This document shows, one piece after another, positions 48,531-59,759 of a stretch of 64,000 bases of DNA. The stretch is from NCBI RefSeq assembly GCF_000143415.4, contig NW_003314328.1, positions 461,889 to 525,888 of the forward strand, written 5' to 3'. Source of the DNA: Selaginella moellendorffii. Taxonomy: Eukaryota > Plantae > Lycopodiophyta. How positions within the stretch are numbered: position 1 is the first letter of the stretch; each line of letters opens with the position of its first letter. Below the pieces are notes generated by a model. The model did no database searches, was not told the DNA's origin, and saw only the letters and a list, made by a program, of their open reading frames with translations. Both the position numbers and the translations under genes were made by a program.

Positions 48531-51068
48531 CATAGTTACGAACACGAACACGGAACACGAACACGAGCCTCAAATTTCAGGAACCCGAACACGGAACACG
48601 ATCACGGCCCACGATGGCTCACGAATATTCTACTGAATATTCTAAGAATATGTTATTTAAAAATTATATTCTATTTCTTATTATATTATTATAGGAATAT
48701 GCTATATTTTATTATATTATTCTTAATATTTTTATTTGCACATAAACTACTTCACACTTTTAAACTACTCAAATATCCTGCATCTCATCGTCATCTTCAA
48801 CCTCATGATCTTCGACCTCACGATCTTCGACATCATCTCCATCTTCCTCTTCCTGTCCTGACTCAAGCTCGTCTTCAGGATGAGGAACTGTCTCCAGGAC
48901 TTTGTAGCTTACAAACTTGTCGTAATCACGATCATTTTTGCAGGTTAACAACCTGGTGTTGCAAGCCACAAAAACCAGATCCGCTGTCCTGTCCATGGTA
49001 AGTCTGTTCCTCTTTTTTGAAGAAACATGCTCGAAAGTACTAAACAATCTCTCCACCGAGGACGACGAGCATGCCTGACTTAGAACTCGAATGGCCAACT
49101 TCTGAAGAGCTGGAGTTTCATAACCATAGTCCTCCCACCAACGTACAGCTCCCCTCTTAGTGCGATCAGCCTTAGCATCATATGAGTTGAAAATGCCTCC
49201 TATCCTCCGGTAAGTTAAAAGCTCATCACGTATCACATCCCTCTCACTGGATGTAAACATGGCCAGCAGATAAGCATTCCAGTCCTTCATGACCTCTCTG
49301 TTAGCATGCTTTTCATACTCCTGAAACTCGGGGTCCAACATGTATGCCACCGAGTGCATGAGCGAGTGATACTCATGCCACCTATTAGACATGATCTGAT
49401 GAAGTTCCCTGTACCTGCCATAATCCGACTGTCCTTCCTCTAAACTTGCATCCAACCTGTTCATGCACTCATATATCTTTCCAATCGCAAGTATATCACC
49501 GTCCACAACACGAAGAAGCAGCATAACATCCTTGGACACCTCTAGCATGTCCTTAACCTGTTGCCAGAAACTGTCATCAAAAACCGTTGCATAACTGTCC
49601 CTTCCTGCTCTCGACTTCGACTCAGGCCTTGCTCTGTACGCAGGGCATACGAACATCTGTTGTAAAGCTTCTCGGAGCTCCACCAGCCTCTCCATCATAA
49701 TGAAGTTGTAGCCAAACCTGGTATCACAATAACGCAGCAATCGCTTGTGAGTAAACTCCGCCAGCAGTGCCACTATATGAGAGTGGTTTCTAACGAAGAT
49801 CACCAAAGACTTTCCATGCTCCAGAAGTGTTGCCATCCATGGAAGTACACCGAAGTCTTTCAAGGCATTGTTCAAGCAATGGGCAAAACATGCTGCCCAT
49901 TTAATTTTCGGGTACCTCTGTTGCAAAAGTGCTGCTGCTGCTCTGTTTGCATTTTCCCCATCGGTCACAACCATGACAACGTTCTCTACACCTACAATGT
50001 TAATGCCTTCTTCCCAGCAGCGCAGAGTATTTTCAGCTGTTTTTCCTGTTAAGGAAATGTCGATAGCCTTCAAAAAAGCTCCTCGTCCTTGACTATATGC
50101 CACAAGCCCCATGATATGCCGATTCCTCCTATCTGCCCACCCGTCTGCGCATATGGTTGCACCCCTCTGCTCCCACTGCTTCCTCAAGGACGCCATCTCA
50201 ATGTCAATGAATCGTTTCTCTTTCACCAAAAGCTTATCTCGGAGATCATCATATTTTGGTGGTGCATAAGGCACACCATGCCTGGCAACTTCCTGTATCA
50301 TGTTGAGGAAGTAAGGTGACCGAGCCTTGACAAATGGAATGTGTTCATTCCAGAAAAATCTTCCGATAGCCACATCAACTCGGTTCTTCCGCTCAGGATC
50401 CATCGAATCAACAATATGGACTTGACTCTGTTTGCTAAAAAACAGGGAACTGCAGCCACTTCCACTTGACTGGGATGATACCACCGGTGGAAATCCTTGG
50501 ACATTGCCATCCATTCTCATAGAAGCACCACCAGATTCATTCGGCCGTTTCTTCCCCCTTGCCCCTTTCTCGGAATCAATAACCTTTTGCATATTGAGCA
50601 GATCCGCTTTCTTGTTACCTGGGATGAGAGGACAACTCACAATATCCTTGCTGCTTGGGCCTTCTCCTAACAGATGAGCTCGCACACGATCAACACCACT
50701 CAGTTTGTTCACCATTGGGCAGTATTTGCATGACCATAATTTGTGGCCATGCCCCCTGCTCTCAAGAACACTTACCTCATCCCACCATCGCGAAGAAGGA
50801 TGCTTTCGCAGTATGCTGGATTGCTGCGCCATGCTTGTTTGCCTTGGATTGCTGCTGCTGTGCCCTGAAATGGTGCGCCCTGGCTGGATTGTCGTGTGAT
50901 GCCGTGCGCCCTAAAACCAGAATATTCTGCGCGAGAATATTCTGAACAGTGGTCCGTGTTAGTAACACGGACCACTGTTCACGAACACGGCCGTGGGAAC
51001 ACGACCCATGGCCGTGTTTGTGAAACACGGTGAACACAGCCGGGATCCCGGCCGTGTTCGTAACACGG
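48531..51068 (-). mobile_element. hAT DNA transposon, apparently autonomous (2538 bp)
   Basis: 8-bp TSD GTCTCAGA (48523-48530, 51069-51076; single copy in the other LTR). 16-bp imperfect TIRs C...GTTACGAACACG. AACACG subterminal repeats. Confidence 0.96.
48769..50832 (-). CDS. hAT transposase (BED finger, DUF659-type core, C-terminal dimerisation domain), 687 aa uninterrupted
   Basis: WSCKYC...H..C, ADGWAD, VVTDG, CFAH, TRF, LDP, WW...P.L...A..VLS...SSS.VER.FS. Confidence 0.95.
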   Translation of the reverse strand: MAQQSSILRKHPSSRWWDEVSVLESRGHGHKLWSCKYCPMVNKLSGVDRVRAHLLGEGPSSKDIVSCPLIPGNKKADLLNMQKVIDSEKGARGKKRPNESGGASMRMDGNVQGFPPVVSSQSSGSGCSSLFFSKQSQVHIVDSMDPERKNRVDVAIGRFFWNEHIPFVKARSPYFLNMIQEVARHGVPYAPPKYDDLRDKLLVKEKRFIDIEMASLRKQWEQRGATICADGWADRRNRHIMGLVAYSQGRGAFLKAIDISLTGKTAENTLRCWEEGINIVGVENVVMVVTDGENANRAAAALLQQRYPKIKWAACFAHCLNNALKDFGVLPWMATLLEHGKSLVIFVRNHSHIVALLAEFTHKRLLRYCDTRFGYNFIMMERLVELREALQQMFVCPAYRARPESKSRAGRDSYATVFDDSFWQQVKDMLEVSKDVMLLLRVVDGDILAIGKIYECMNRLDASLEEGQSDYGRYRELHQIMSNRWHEYHSLMHSVAYMLDPEFQEYEKHANREVMKDWNAYLLAMFTSSERDVIRDELLTYRRIGGIFNSYDAKADRTKRGAVRWWEDYGYETPALQKLAIRVLSQACSSSSVERLFSTFEHVSSKKRNRLTMDRTADLVFVACNTRLLTCKNDRDYDKFVSYKVLETVPHPEDELESGQEEEDGDDVEDREVEDHEVEDDDEMQDI

Positions 51069-51368
51069 GTCTCAGACCCGATTTCGGATCTCGGACTCCG
51101 TCTCGAACTCGGTCTCGAACTCGGACTCGAACTCGGTCCCCGAGTTGGTCTCGGACTCGATTCCGGACTCTATCTCGAACTCGGTCCTAGAGTCGGTCTT
51201 GGACTCGATCTTCGACTTGGTCCCATCCGATGAACACTTTGTCATTTTGGTCATGCTTTTGGGGTTCCTTTAGCCTACGACACCTTGGCGAGTTGGTTCC
51301 TTACAACTCCACCACCCATAGAAGAAGTTCGATGCCCACATCGAACGTCTCGTTTTATCCTACGACTT

Positions 51369-51620
51369 GTTGACCATGTCTCCGGGGGCATCCCCCCACT
51401 TAGCGGTGTGCCTAAGTTAGCCTCCCCGGCCAAGAGCCCATGACAACGGAATATAGGTGTCCCTATACTCCTCCCCTCACCACGCCCTAGTATGGGGTCG
51501 GGACTTGAACCCAGCCTTGCTTTACTAGGGGGTTGGGACTCGAACCCAACCTCCGTAGAATACGTCTACGGATTCGACATCCCCGCAGGGAGTCGGGCGT
51601 AGCTCCCTACGCCTGGTCGA
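51369..51620 (-). ncRNA. Candidate cis-acting structured RNA in chromovirus 3' UTR
   Basis: Serial hairpins and a multibranch motif. Compensatory changes versus homologs at 57821-57923, 58004-58103 and 58120-58240. Confidence 0.6.
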
Positions 51621-51707
51621 CCTAGTTAACCATGCTAATTAGCTTACCTTCGGCGCGCCTTCGGGTCCCAACATATGCCACTTGCTCAACTTTGCAAATT
51701 GATATTT

Positions 51708-54700
51708 TTAATTGAACTTTGCATAAGTACATAGAGTTCTGCCTTGCAGAAATTCCTCCACTAGATCTCGCGCGTTCGCTAGGTTCTCCTCCGGTTCCCA
51801 TGTTGCTTCGCAGTATGGAAATCCTTTCCACTTCACATGGAACTCTCTCACCTCGCGTCCTTGTCGCTTGCTCTTGCGCGCATTGAGGATGGCCTCGACT
51901 TCGTATTCCTCTTCCCCTTGGATAACCTCAGGTAAGGGTCTTACTTGGTCCTTGCGAAGCGGATCCTCAAAGTACGGCTTGAGTAAGTTCACATGGAACA
52001 CTGGGTGCATCTTCCCCACCTCTCAAGGAAGTCGGAGTCGGTAAGCCACTTTACCGATTCGTGCCTCGATCTCGTAAGGCCCCGCGAACCTGCTTAAGGA
52101 ACTCAAGATCAATTCATTTACAGGAATACATGCATTTTTACCTTTGGGTCAACTTTCGGCTGATCCCACTTGGTAGCCTGAGGTTCTTGGTGTTCAGCCA
52201 CACCTTCTCCCCAGCTTGGAACTCTATATCCCGGCGCTTTAAGTTTGCGTACTTGGTCTGCCTTTGTTGAGCCCGTTCCAAGGAATCCCTCACTAGATTC
52301 CAAATGTTGAGTCTTTCCGCCGTGAATGCCTCCACTGCGGGTAGCTCTCCATGATACTCGGCCACGCCGAGTTCCACAGGACCTTCAATAGCTCGCCCAT
52401 TGATGACTTCCCATGGACTCACCCCGATACTCGAATGTGGTGAGTTGTTATAACACATTTCCGCAAGTCCCAAATGACTTACCCAATCGGTCTGGTCTCC
52501 CAAGACATAGCATCGCAAATAATCCTCCAGCTGCCTATTCACCCTTTCCGTTTGTCCATCTATCAAGAAGTGTTAGGGCCACCAAACTTGACTTAATACC
52601 CCATACCTGTCTGTGGGTGATAGGCTGTGCTGAATTTCAACTTGGTGCGATACTGTTCCAGGAGGGTCCTCCAGAACCTACTAGTGAAGATCTTATCTCG
52701 ATCTGAGATAATCTCTTCTGGCCTTCCCCGCACTCGAACCACTTGTTCGAAGAACAACTTCGCCACACCTTCCGCATCCACTTCCGTTGTGGTGGGTATG
52801 AAATGTGCCATCTTCGAAAATCGATCCACCACCACGAATATCGCATCGAACCCCTCGCTTGGGGGTAGTCCCGTGATGAAGTCCATCGTAAGACATTTCC
52901 ACGGACGATCTGGAATTGGGATGCTTTGCAACAAGCCCCCACTAGCCTTAGTCACGGCTTTGACCTGCTGACATGTTGGACATGTCTTTACATAGTCTTG
53001 GACGTCCTTAGCCATATCTGGCCAATGGTACTTCCTCTTGAGTAAGCCCATCGTCTTGGGCACTCCGCCGTGTCCCGCAAGAGGTCTGTCATGACACTCT
53101 TCTAAGGCTACCTTCCTTAGTTCCCCTTCTGGAACATACACCCTCGTTTGCTTGTAATAAATGAGTCCGTTGCGTTCCACATAGCCCGTTTTCTCTTCCG
53201 TCGGCAGCTCACCTCTCTGGTGAGTTTCCCGCACCTCCAGATTCCTCAACAACACTTCTTGTGCTAGACCATCATTCTCATATGCTGTCCGCACATCGTC
53301 CCAGAAGGTTGCTGTTGCGCTGGAGATCGCCAACCTCAAGCTCGCTTTTCGACTTAGCGCATCTGCCACGATGTTGCTCTTCCCAGGCTTGTACAGAATC
53401 TCGCAATCAAACTCAGCCAAGGCATTGGCCCACCGACCTTGTTTCCCTCTCAGGTCGGGCTGTGACAAGAAGTGTTTCGTTGCCACATTGTCCGTGTAAA
53501 CCTTGAAGTGTCTCCCAAGGTAGTGTCGCCACTCCTTGAGCGCCTTGACCACCGCAAACAATTCCTTCTCGTGGGCAGGCCACTTCCGTTGAGCCTTGTC
53601 CAACTTCTTCGAGAAGAACGCTACTGGATGGTTGTCTTGCTTCAAAACTGCGCCCAACGCAAAGTCCGAAGCATCCGTGTCTACCTCAAAGTCCTTACCA
53701 AAATCTGGTAATGCCAACACTGGAGCCTTCCTCAACTTCCCTTTGAGGTGGACGAATGCCACCTCGCATTCCGCTGTCCATACCATCTTCCCTTTTCCTG
53801 TTTGGTCCGTTAAGGGTAGGGCTACTCTCGAATAGTGTCTGATAAACTTTCGATAGTAGTTGCATAGCCCCAAGAACGCCCTCAACTCATGTATATTCGA
53901 AGGTCGCTCCCATTCCTGGATCGCTTGGACCTTCTCCGGGTCCACCTTGAGCCCGTCCTGGCCCACCACATGCCCGAGAAACTTTACCTCTTGTTGAGCA
54001 AAGTCACATTTGCTCTCTTTAGCATATAGTTTGTGTTCCCTTAGTTTCTCAAACACCTTCGCCAAGTGTTCGGCATGCTCCTCTAGCGTCTCGCTATAGA
54101 TCAGGATATCGTCGATATAGACGACCACGAAGTGATCCAGATAGGGTACAAAGATGTGGTTCATCAACGCCGAAAACGTTGCCGGCGCATTGCACAGCCC
54201 AAAGGGCATCACCAGAAACTCAAAGCTCCCATACCTCGTTCGACAGGTTGTCTTCTCGACATCTTCCTTAGCTACCCTGATCTGGTAGTATCCTGACCTT
54301 AGGTCAATCCTTGAGAAGTATTTTGCCTTTCCCAACCTATCGAACAGGTCCTCGATCCTTGGCAAAGGGTACTTGTTCTTCTTGGTATACTTGTTGAGCA
54401 ACCGGTAGTCTATGCACATGCGCATAAATCCATCTTTCTTTTTCACAAATAGCACCGGCGCCCCATACGGCGACTTGCTCAACCTAACATACCCTTTGTC
54501 CACCAACTCCTCTAGTTGGCTCTTGAGCTCCGCGAGTTCTTTTTTGTTCAATCGATAGGGTGGACGAACCACCGCCTCAGCACCCTCGACCAGCTCAATC
54601 TTATGTTCTATCGGTCGTGTGGGGGGCAACCCCGCCGGTAGCTCCTCCGGCATGGTATCCTGGAATTGGTCCAGCACCTGCTGGATCACTAAAGGTACTT

Positions 54701-56444
54701 CTTCCGTTCTTGTCTTTTTGTCACTCTTCACCGAGAGTAAGAACAAAAAGGCTGCCTTAGTTCCTTTAGTGAGTTGTCCTCTCGTGGACACCAGGTTTAA
54801 GCATGACTCTTTGGCCTTGCTTTGCCCTACCTTTAGATCCTGGGCCTCCACCCTAGATCTTCTTCCTTGGGCATTCGCCAATACCACAAGGTTCCTACCT
54901 TGTCCATGCAGGGCTACCACGAACCGATTAAACCAATCCATTCCGAAGATCACGTCAAATCCCGCCATGTCCAAAACGGTGAAATCCATGTCCACTTTCC
55001 ATGTCCCCACTTCGACTCTCGCTTATCGAAGTACCTCATCGGTGCTTTGGCTACCTTGAACAAACTCTATAGTCCTTGGTTTGCCTAGCCGCTGCACCGT
55101 TAGTCCGGCTTGCCGGACTATGTCTGCAGCCACAAAATTATCCGAAGCACCCATGTCAATAAGGATCTTAACAAAGCTACCTCCGAGCTTCCCTCGGAGG
55201 GCTAGTAGATGTCGCGAACGACTCTCTACCAAAGTTGCTCGTGTAATGAGTAACTTTGAGTTAGGGACTGGATCACATACCTCAGTTTGGACTTCACCCG
55301 ACTTGATGGCCATATTAGCTCTGGCCTTCTTCGGGTAGGGACATTCCCTTGAGAAATGTCCCGCTTTGCCGCAGTTGTAGCATACATTGTTTCCCACGCT
55401 GCTATATGACTTGACCTTCTTATCCGTGGGTTTGTCTTTTTTCGCTTGACTCCCCCACATACTCGCTCGCTGGCCACCGGATTTGCCTTTCCGGAACCCC
55501 GAGGACTCATTCTTAGAGAAACTCTTTTTGAATTTCCCCTTGCTATACGTTCCCCTTGGTTTGGCCCCTTTGCTAAATGTGGATCCCGACCCCATCGTGT
55601 TCCCCTTTCGCAGGTTATCGTTGAAATGCACCTTGATGGCCGCATCCAACGCTTCCTTATAGTTGGTCGGGTTCCACCACATCACCTCACCACGAGCCCA
55701 GGTTTGCAAACCTGATATGAAGGCATGGAACGCATCCATATCCCCCATGTCCGTGACAAGTATCCTCTTTGCCATGAACCCATTCACATATTCCTGGATG
55801 GTTCCAGTCTGCTTCAGCCTACTCAGCTCATCTCTCAGATGCAGAGTGGCATTCGGAGGAACGTATGTTGCGCGGATCCTCGCCTTCATCATGTCCCAAG
55901 TGGCCACTGGTCCTTCGTTGGCCTCCATCGTTCTCCACCAAGACTTGGCATTATCTGCCAAGTATGGTTTTGCACATGGGACCTTCTCCGAGCTCGGTAA
56001 TCGCAACGCTCGGAAGTAGTCCTCCATATCGTAAAACCAATCCTCCACCACTTTATAGTCGTTCACTCCCTTGAAGACCGGTGGGGGCTTTGGTTTGTAC
56101 TTGGGAACTGCCTGAGGGACTGATTCTACTTCGGTCTGTTCGACCTTGTCTGGTTTTGCCTCAGTCCCGGCCGAAAGATCCGCACCTTCTGCGCTGCCAG
56201 CATCCGCAGTCTTTTTCTTTTTCTTCCGCCTCTCATCACGCTTTAGCTTGCGTACGAGAGTTTCCAGCAGGGCATTGGTCTGTGCCAACTGTCCTTCTAG
56301 CACGTCCAATCGAGCCTTGGACGACCGAACCTCGCCACCGGACTCCTGTTTGGAAGTTTCTTCACTAGAGTCCTCCTCATGCAAGGATTCCTCATCCATA
56401 GCCTCTTGTTCGACCGGAAGCTCCAGCTCCGGCGGAGGTTCCAT
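51708..56444 (-). pseudogene. Chromovirus gag-pol polyprotein with two GT-AG introns (52560-52606, 52090-52141) and two nonsense codons (55023-55025, ~52023-52025)
   Basis: CYNCGKAGHFSREC, LIDMGAS, YIDD, DASDFA..EKE, H..H..C..C, MDF..SDRD..QTER, GPY, chromodomain YEVEAIL..VKWKG..ATWEP. Confidence 0.92.
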
Positions 56445-57820
56445 CTCCGCCTGGGTTCACTTACACCCTGCCCTTGCCATCTCCCAGCAATCCTCCTCTA
56501 TCCTTCGCTAGAACTGATCCGATACCAAATTGTAAGCCACAAATTTTTCCTTTCCAATTTGCCAGCTTACCTCGTCTATCCGTCCAACACCGCCTTGGCT
56601 TTTGCTAAGTTCCCTTGCCAAGGTTCTCGCCTATGGTACCAGCTCCTACCTGGTCTCAGCTACTCACTGCACGAGCAACGGAGTGTTAGCCATCCATCCA
56701 CGGATTCCCAAATCACTCCCAATCCCCCTCCCCGGGTTAGACTGGACTTAAGGTTCGGCTACACTCCCCACAAGCACAAGCAGCCAAGCACACCAAGCTT
56801 CCAGGTTCCTAACATCCTTTGGTACCACAAGACTTGATCATGGGACCCTCTAAATCCCAAGTCTTGAGTGCAACACTTGCTTCGGGACGCCGGGGCGAAA
56901 CACCGTGGCCTAAAGGCCCGGTATGGGTACCTCTCGCCCCCCACTCCCATCCCGAAGGAAGGCCCAAGCCCCTAGGAAGGGCGAGGACCAATGAGCTGCA
57001 TGGTACTCAAGTGGGGCACCACTCCACATGAGCCGGGAGCACCGCAATCGGTTTCCCTTTCGGGAGTGGGAGCTGCTCTTGAGCACTTCCTTGGATGGCC
57101 CCTCCGGCACCAACCAAGTCCATGCTCACTCCCACCCAAGGCCCCTCGGTCCTAGTCCCAACCTCAAGTCAGTTTGGGAGCCCCACTGGAGAGTCCCTTC
57201 TAAACTAGTTCCTGGACCTCACTATCCCTACTATACTTTTGGAACCCCCTACAGCCCCCCCCCCTCCCCCGTGGGAGACGCACGCTTTGGGCTTTCACCC
57301 CTTGACCCGTATTAGTATTTGGACTTAGTCTCTGGCTCGATCTCGGACCCGATTTCGGATCCGACTTCGGATTCGGTCTCGGACTCGATCTCGGACTCGA
57401 TCTCGAACCCGATCTCGGACCCGACCTCGGACTCAACCTCGGACTCGGTCTCAGACCCGATTTCGGATCTCGGACTCCGTCTCGAACTCGGTCTCGAACT
57501 CGGACTCGAACTCGGTCCCCGAGTCGGTCTCGGACTCAATTCCGGACTCTATCTCGAACTCGGTCCTAGAGTCGGTCATGGACTCGATCTTCGACTTGGT
57601 CCCATCCGATGAACTCTTTGTCATTTTGGTCATGCTTTCGGGGTTCCTTTAACCTACGACACCTTGGCGAGTTGGTTCCTTACAGCTTTGAACTAAGAAC
57701 TTTATTCCTTAACCTCACAAGGATTTTATCCTTATTTTAGCCATAAGATCACCTAGTGATCTAACCTTGGCACCTTAACAGGTTTGTCAATAGGTACTAG
57801 GTCTTCCAGACCTTTAAGTT

Positions 57821-58240
57821 GTTGACCATGACCCCGGGGGCATCCCCCACATTTGGCGGTGCGCCCAAGCCAGCCTTTTTGGCCAAGGGTCCATAGCAAC
57901 TGAGACTAGGTGTCCCCATCTCATTCACCACGTCCTTAGTGTCACTTACACCAAAGTGTTCAAATTAAATATGCCAAACTTTCGCACTAAACAATATAGC
58001 CGGGTATCATGACCCCGGGGCATCCCCCGCTTGGCGGTGTGCCCAAGCTAGTCTCCTTACTAAAAGTCCATGACCACTGAAAAATGAGTGTCCTCATATT
58101 CCAAACCATCACCGTGCCCTAATGAGTTGGGACTCAAACCCAAGCACTAGAGGGTCGGGACTCGAACCCAACCTCCATATATGCATCTACGGACGGCATC
58201 ACATAGAATGCCTGGTGTGACTCCCCACGCTGGTGCACCA
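57821..58240 (-). ncRNA. Homologous structured RNA module (two multibranch copies plus T-loop hairpins) in the older host element
   Basis: Same stems and loops as 51369-51620 with different but complementary stem sequences. Confidence 0.55.
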
Positions 58241-58315
58241 ACTTATACTTAGAGCACGTTACAAATCATAGCTTAGGAACCTAGTTCCTCCACACTGCCA
58301 AATCCTTTCACTTGA

Positions 58316-59581
58316 CATGTTTATGATCATGCATGGACTCCTCCATGCTTGGCCCTATGGGCCACCCGACCCGAGATGGACCTGAGATGGGCCTGAGATA
58401 GAGTCCGAGATGGACCCGAGATGGAGTCCAAGATGGACCCGAGATGGAGTCTGAGATGGAGTCCGAGATGGAGTCCAAATTGGACCCAAGATGGACTTGA
58501 GATGGAGTCCGAGATGGACCCAAGATGGAGTCTGAGATGGAGTCCGAGATGGAGTCCAAGTTGGACCCAAGATGGACCCAAGATGGAGTCTGAGATGGAA
58601 CCGAGACCGAGTCTGAGTCCAAAATTGGGCCCGAGTCTGAATATTAATACAGGTAGTTAGGTGAAAGCCCAAAGCGATCGTCGTCCCCCAGGGCAGGGGG
58701 GGGGGGGGGTTGTACGGGGTTCCAAAAGTATAGTAGAGAGAGTGTGGGGGTTGGAGCCTAGTGGACTTAGTTTGGCCCAGAGAGGCTATACCCAAGTGCT
58801 GGGTGATGAGCTGACCACTAGGAAGTCCAAGACTAGAGTGAATATAGACCGACAAGCGGGGTAGCTTAGTGAAGTGTTCAAAAGCTAGCTTTAGTTCCCT
58901 CGGGAGATTGAATGGTTGATGCTCCCAATCCAAGTGTGGGTGGCACTACTTACTTGGATACTTGGCATGGCTCAACAAAACCTCGCTCTAAGCCCATGGA
59001 TAGAGCACCCAAAGGCGGAAGGCAGGGAGAGTACCCACGAGGTCCGTATAGGGCCACGATGTTTCGAAATGTTATCCTAAAGTCCCAGATTGTGGAAAAG
59101 AAAAGGAGTAGTTCTCTTGTGTGGTGACCAAGGATACAGTCACATGGTGAGGAAGTCCCAGAGGACAGTGGGACTTAGTGGTCGGGCTTGTGGGCCTTGA
59201 TCCAGTGGCAGTGTTGGCGAACACGGCCATGGAGAGAAAGGGACTTGGTTTTGGATGATCACTCATGGACGGATGGTTCAGTCTTTGAGAGACGGGATTG
59301 CAATGCAGGTGGTGTTGGACCACCGATATGACCAAGGTGAATGAACATGGCCTTAGCATAATGGGCTGATATGTCGGTGGTACCTTGTGGTGTTGATCAT
59401 AGGATCAGACATGTGGAGCACTTGGACCAAGTGCAAAGGTTGAGTGGCATGGATGCCATTCTCAGGGCTAGCAAGCCCCAAGTCCTGAATTGGACTTATG
59501 GAAGTTGTGAATGAGACTTCTCCAAGTGGTCAGAGGTGTGGTTAAGTGACTAAAGTAGAATGGAAAATTTAGTCGCTTACA
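58316..59581 (+). mobile_element. Diverged LTR related to the chromovirus LTR, opposite orientation (left limit approximate)
   Basis: GAGATGGAGTCC repeats, GTGAAAGCCCAAAGCG/poly-G/GGTTCCAAAAGTATAGTAG block, and end ..gcttaca followed by atttgg. Confidence 0.75.
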
Positions 59582-59759
59582 ATTTGGACATCGAGATGCA
59601 TCTGGGAAACGAGGAGTCTTGCAAGTAACAAAGTGACTTTGAATGAATAAGTTAGTGACTCTTCCATCTTTCTTTCGGGAGTATCATCAAGGGGTTCACT
59701 CGACACCGGTTCATCCAGTGTTTATTTTCCAAACTCATATTTATAACAACTATTATTCC

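Larger units (their letters stand above)
47548..57684 (-). mobile_element. Near full-length Ty3/Gypsy chromovirus (5' LTR 56531-57684; 3' LTR 47548-51305 interrupted by hAT)
   Basis: Highly similar TG..CA LTRs, TSD GTTTT/GCTTT, PBS TGGTATC.. (56527 downwards), PPT GGGTGGTGGAGT (51306-51317), and gag-CCHC-PR-RT-RH-INT-chromodomain. Confidence 0.96.

Noticed and set aside
48327-48636. ISDS/ESEI-repeat ORFs (also 46129-46437, 57312-57633, 58308-58660)
   Set aside because: Translations of stop-free 12-bp LTR minisatellites, open in several frames on both strands.
51496-51551. tRNA genes
   Set aside because: Only T-arm-like hairpins; no acceptor stem, D-arm and anticodon arm in tRNA geometry were found.
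51690-51745. Third intron after the chromodomain
   Set aside because: AT-rich, but no convincing donor/acceptor pair and no conserved motif is restored.
55023-55025. Programmed stop-codon readthrough between gag and pol
   Set aside because: The TAA falls inside the protease domain. It is most simply a C-to-T mutation, like DMG for DTG and the TGA near 52023; family copies would settle it.
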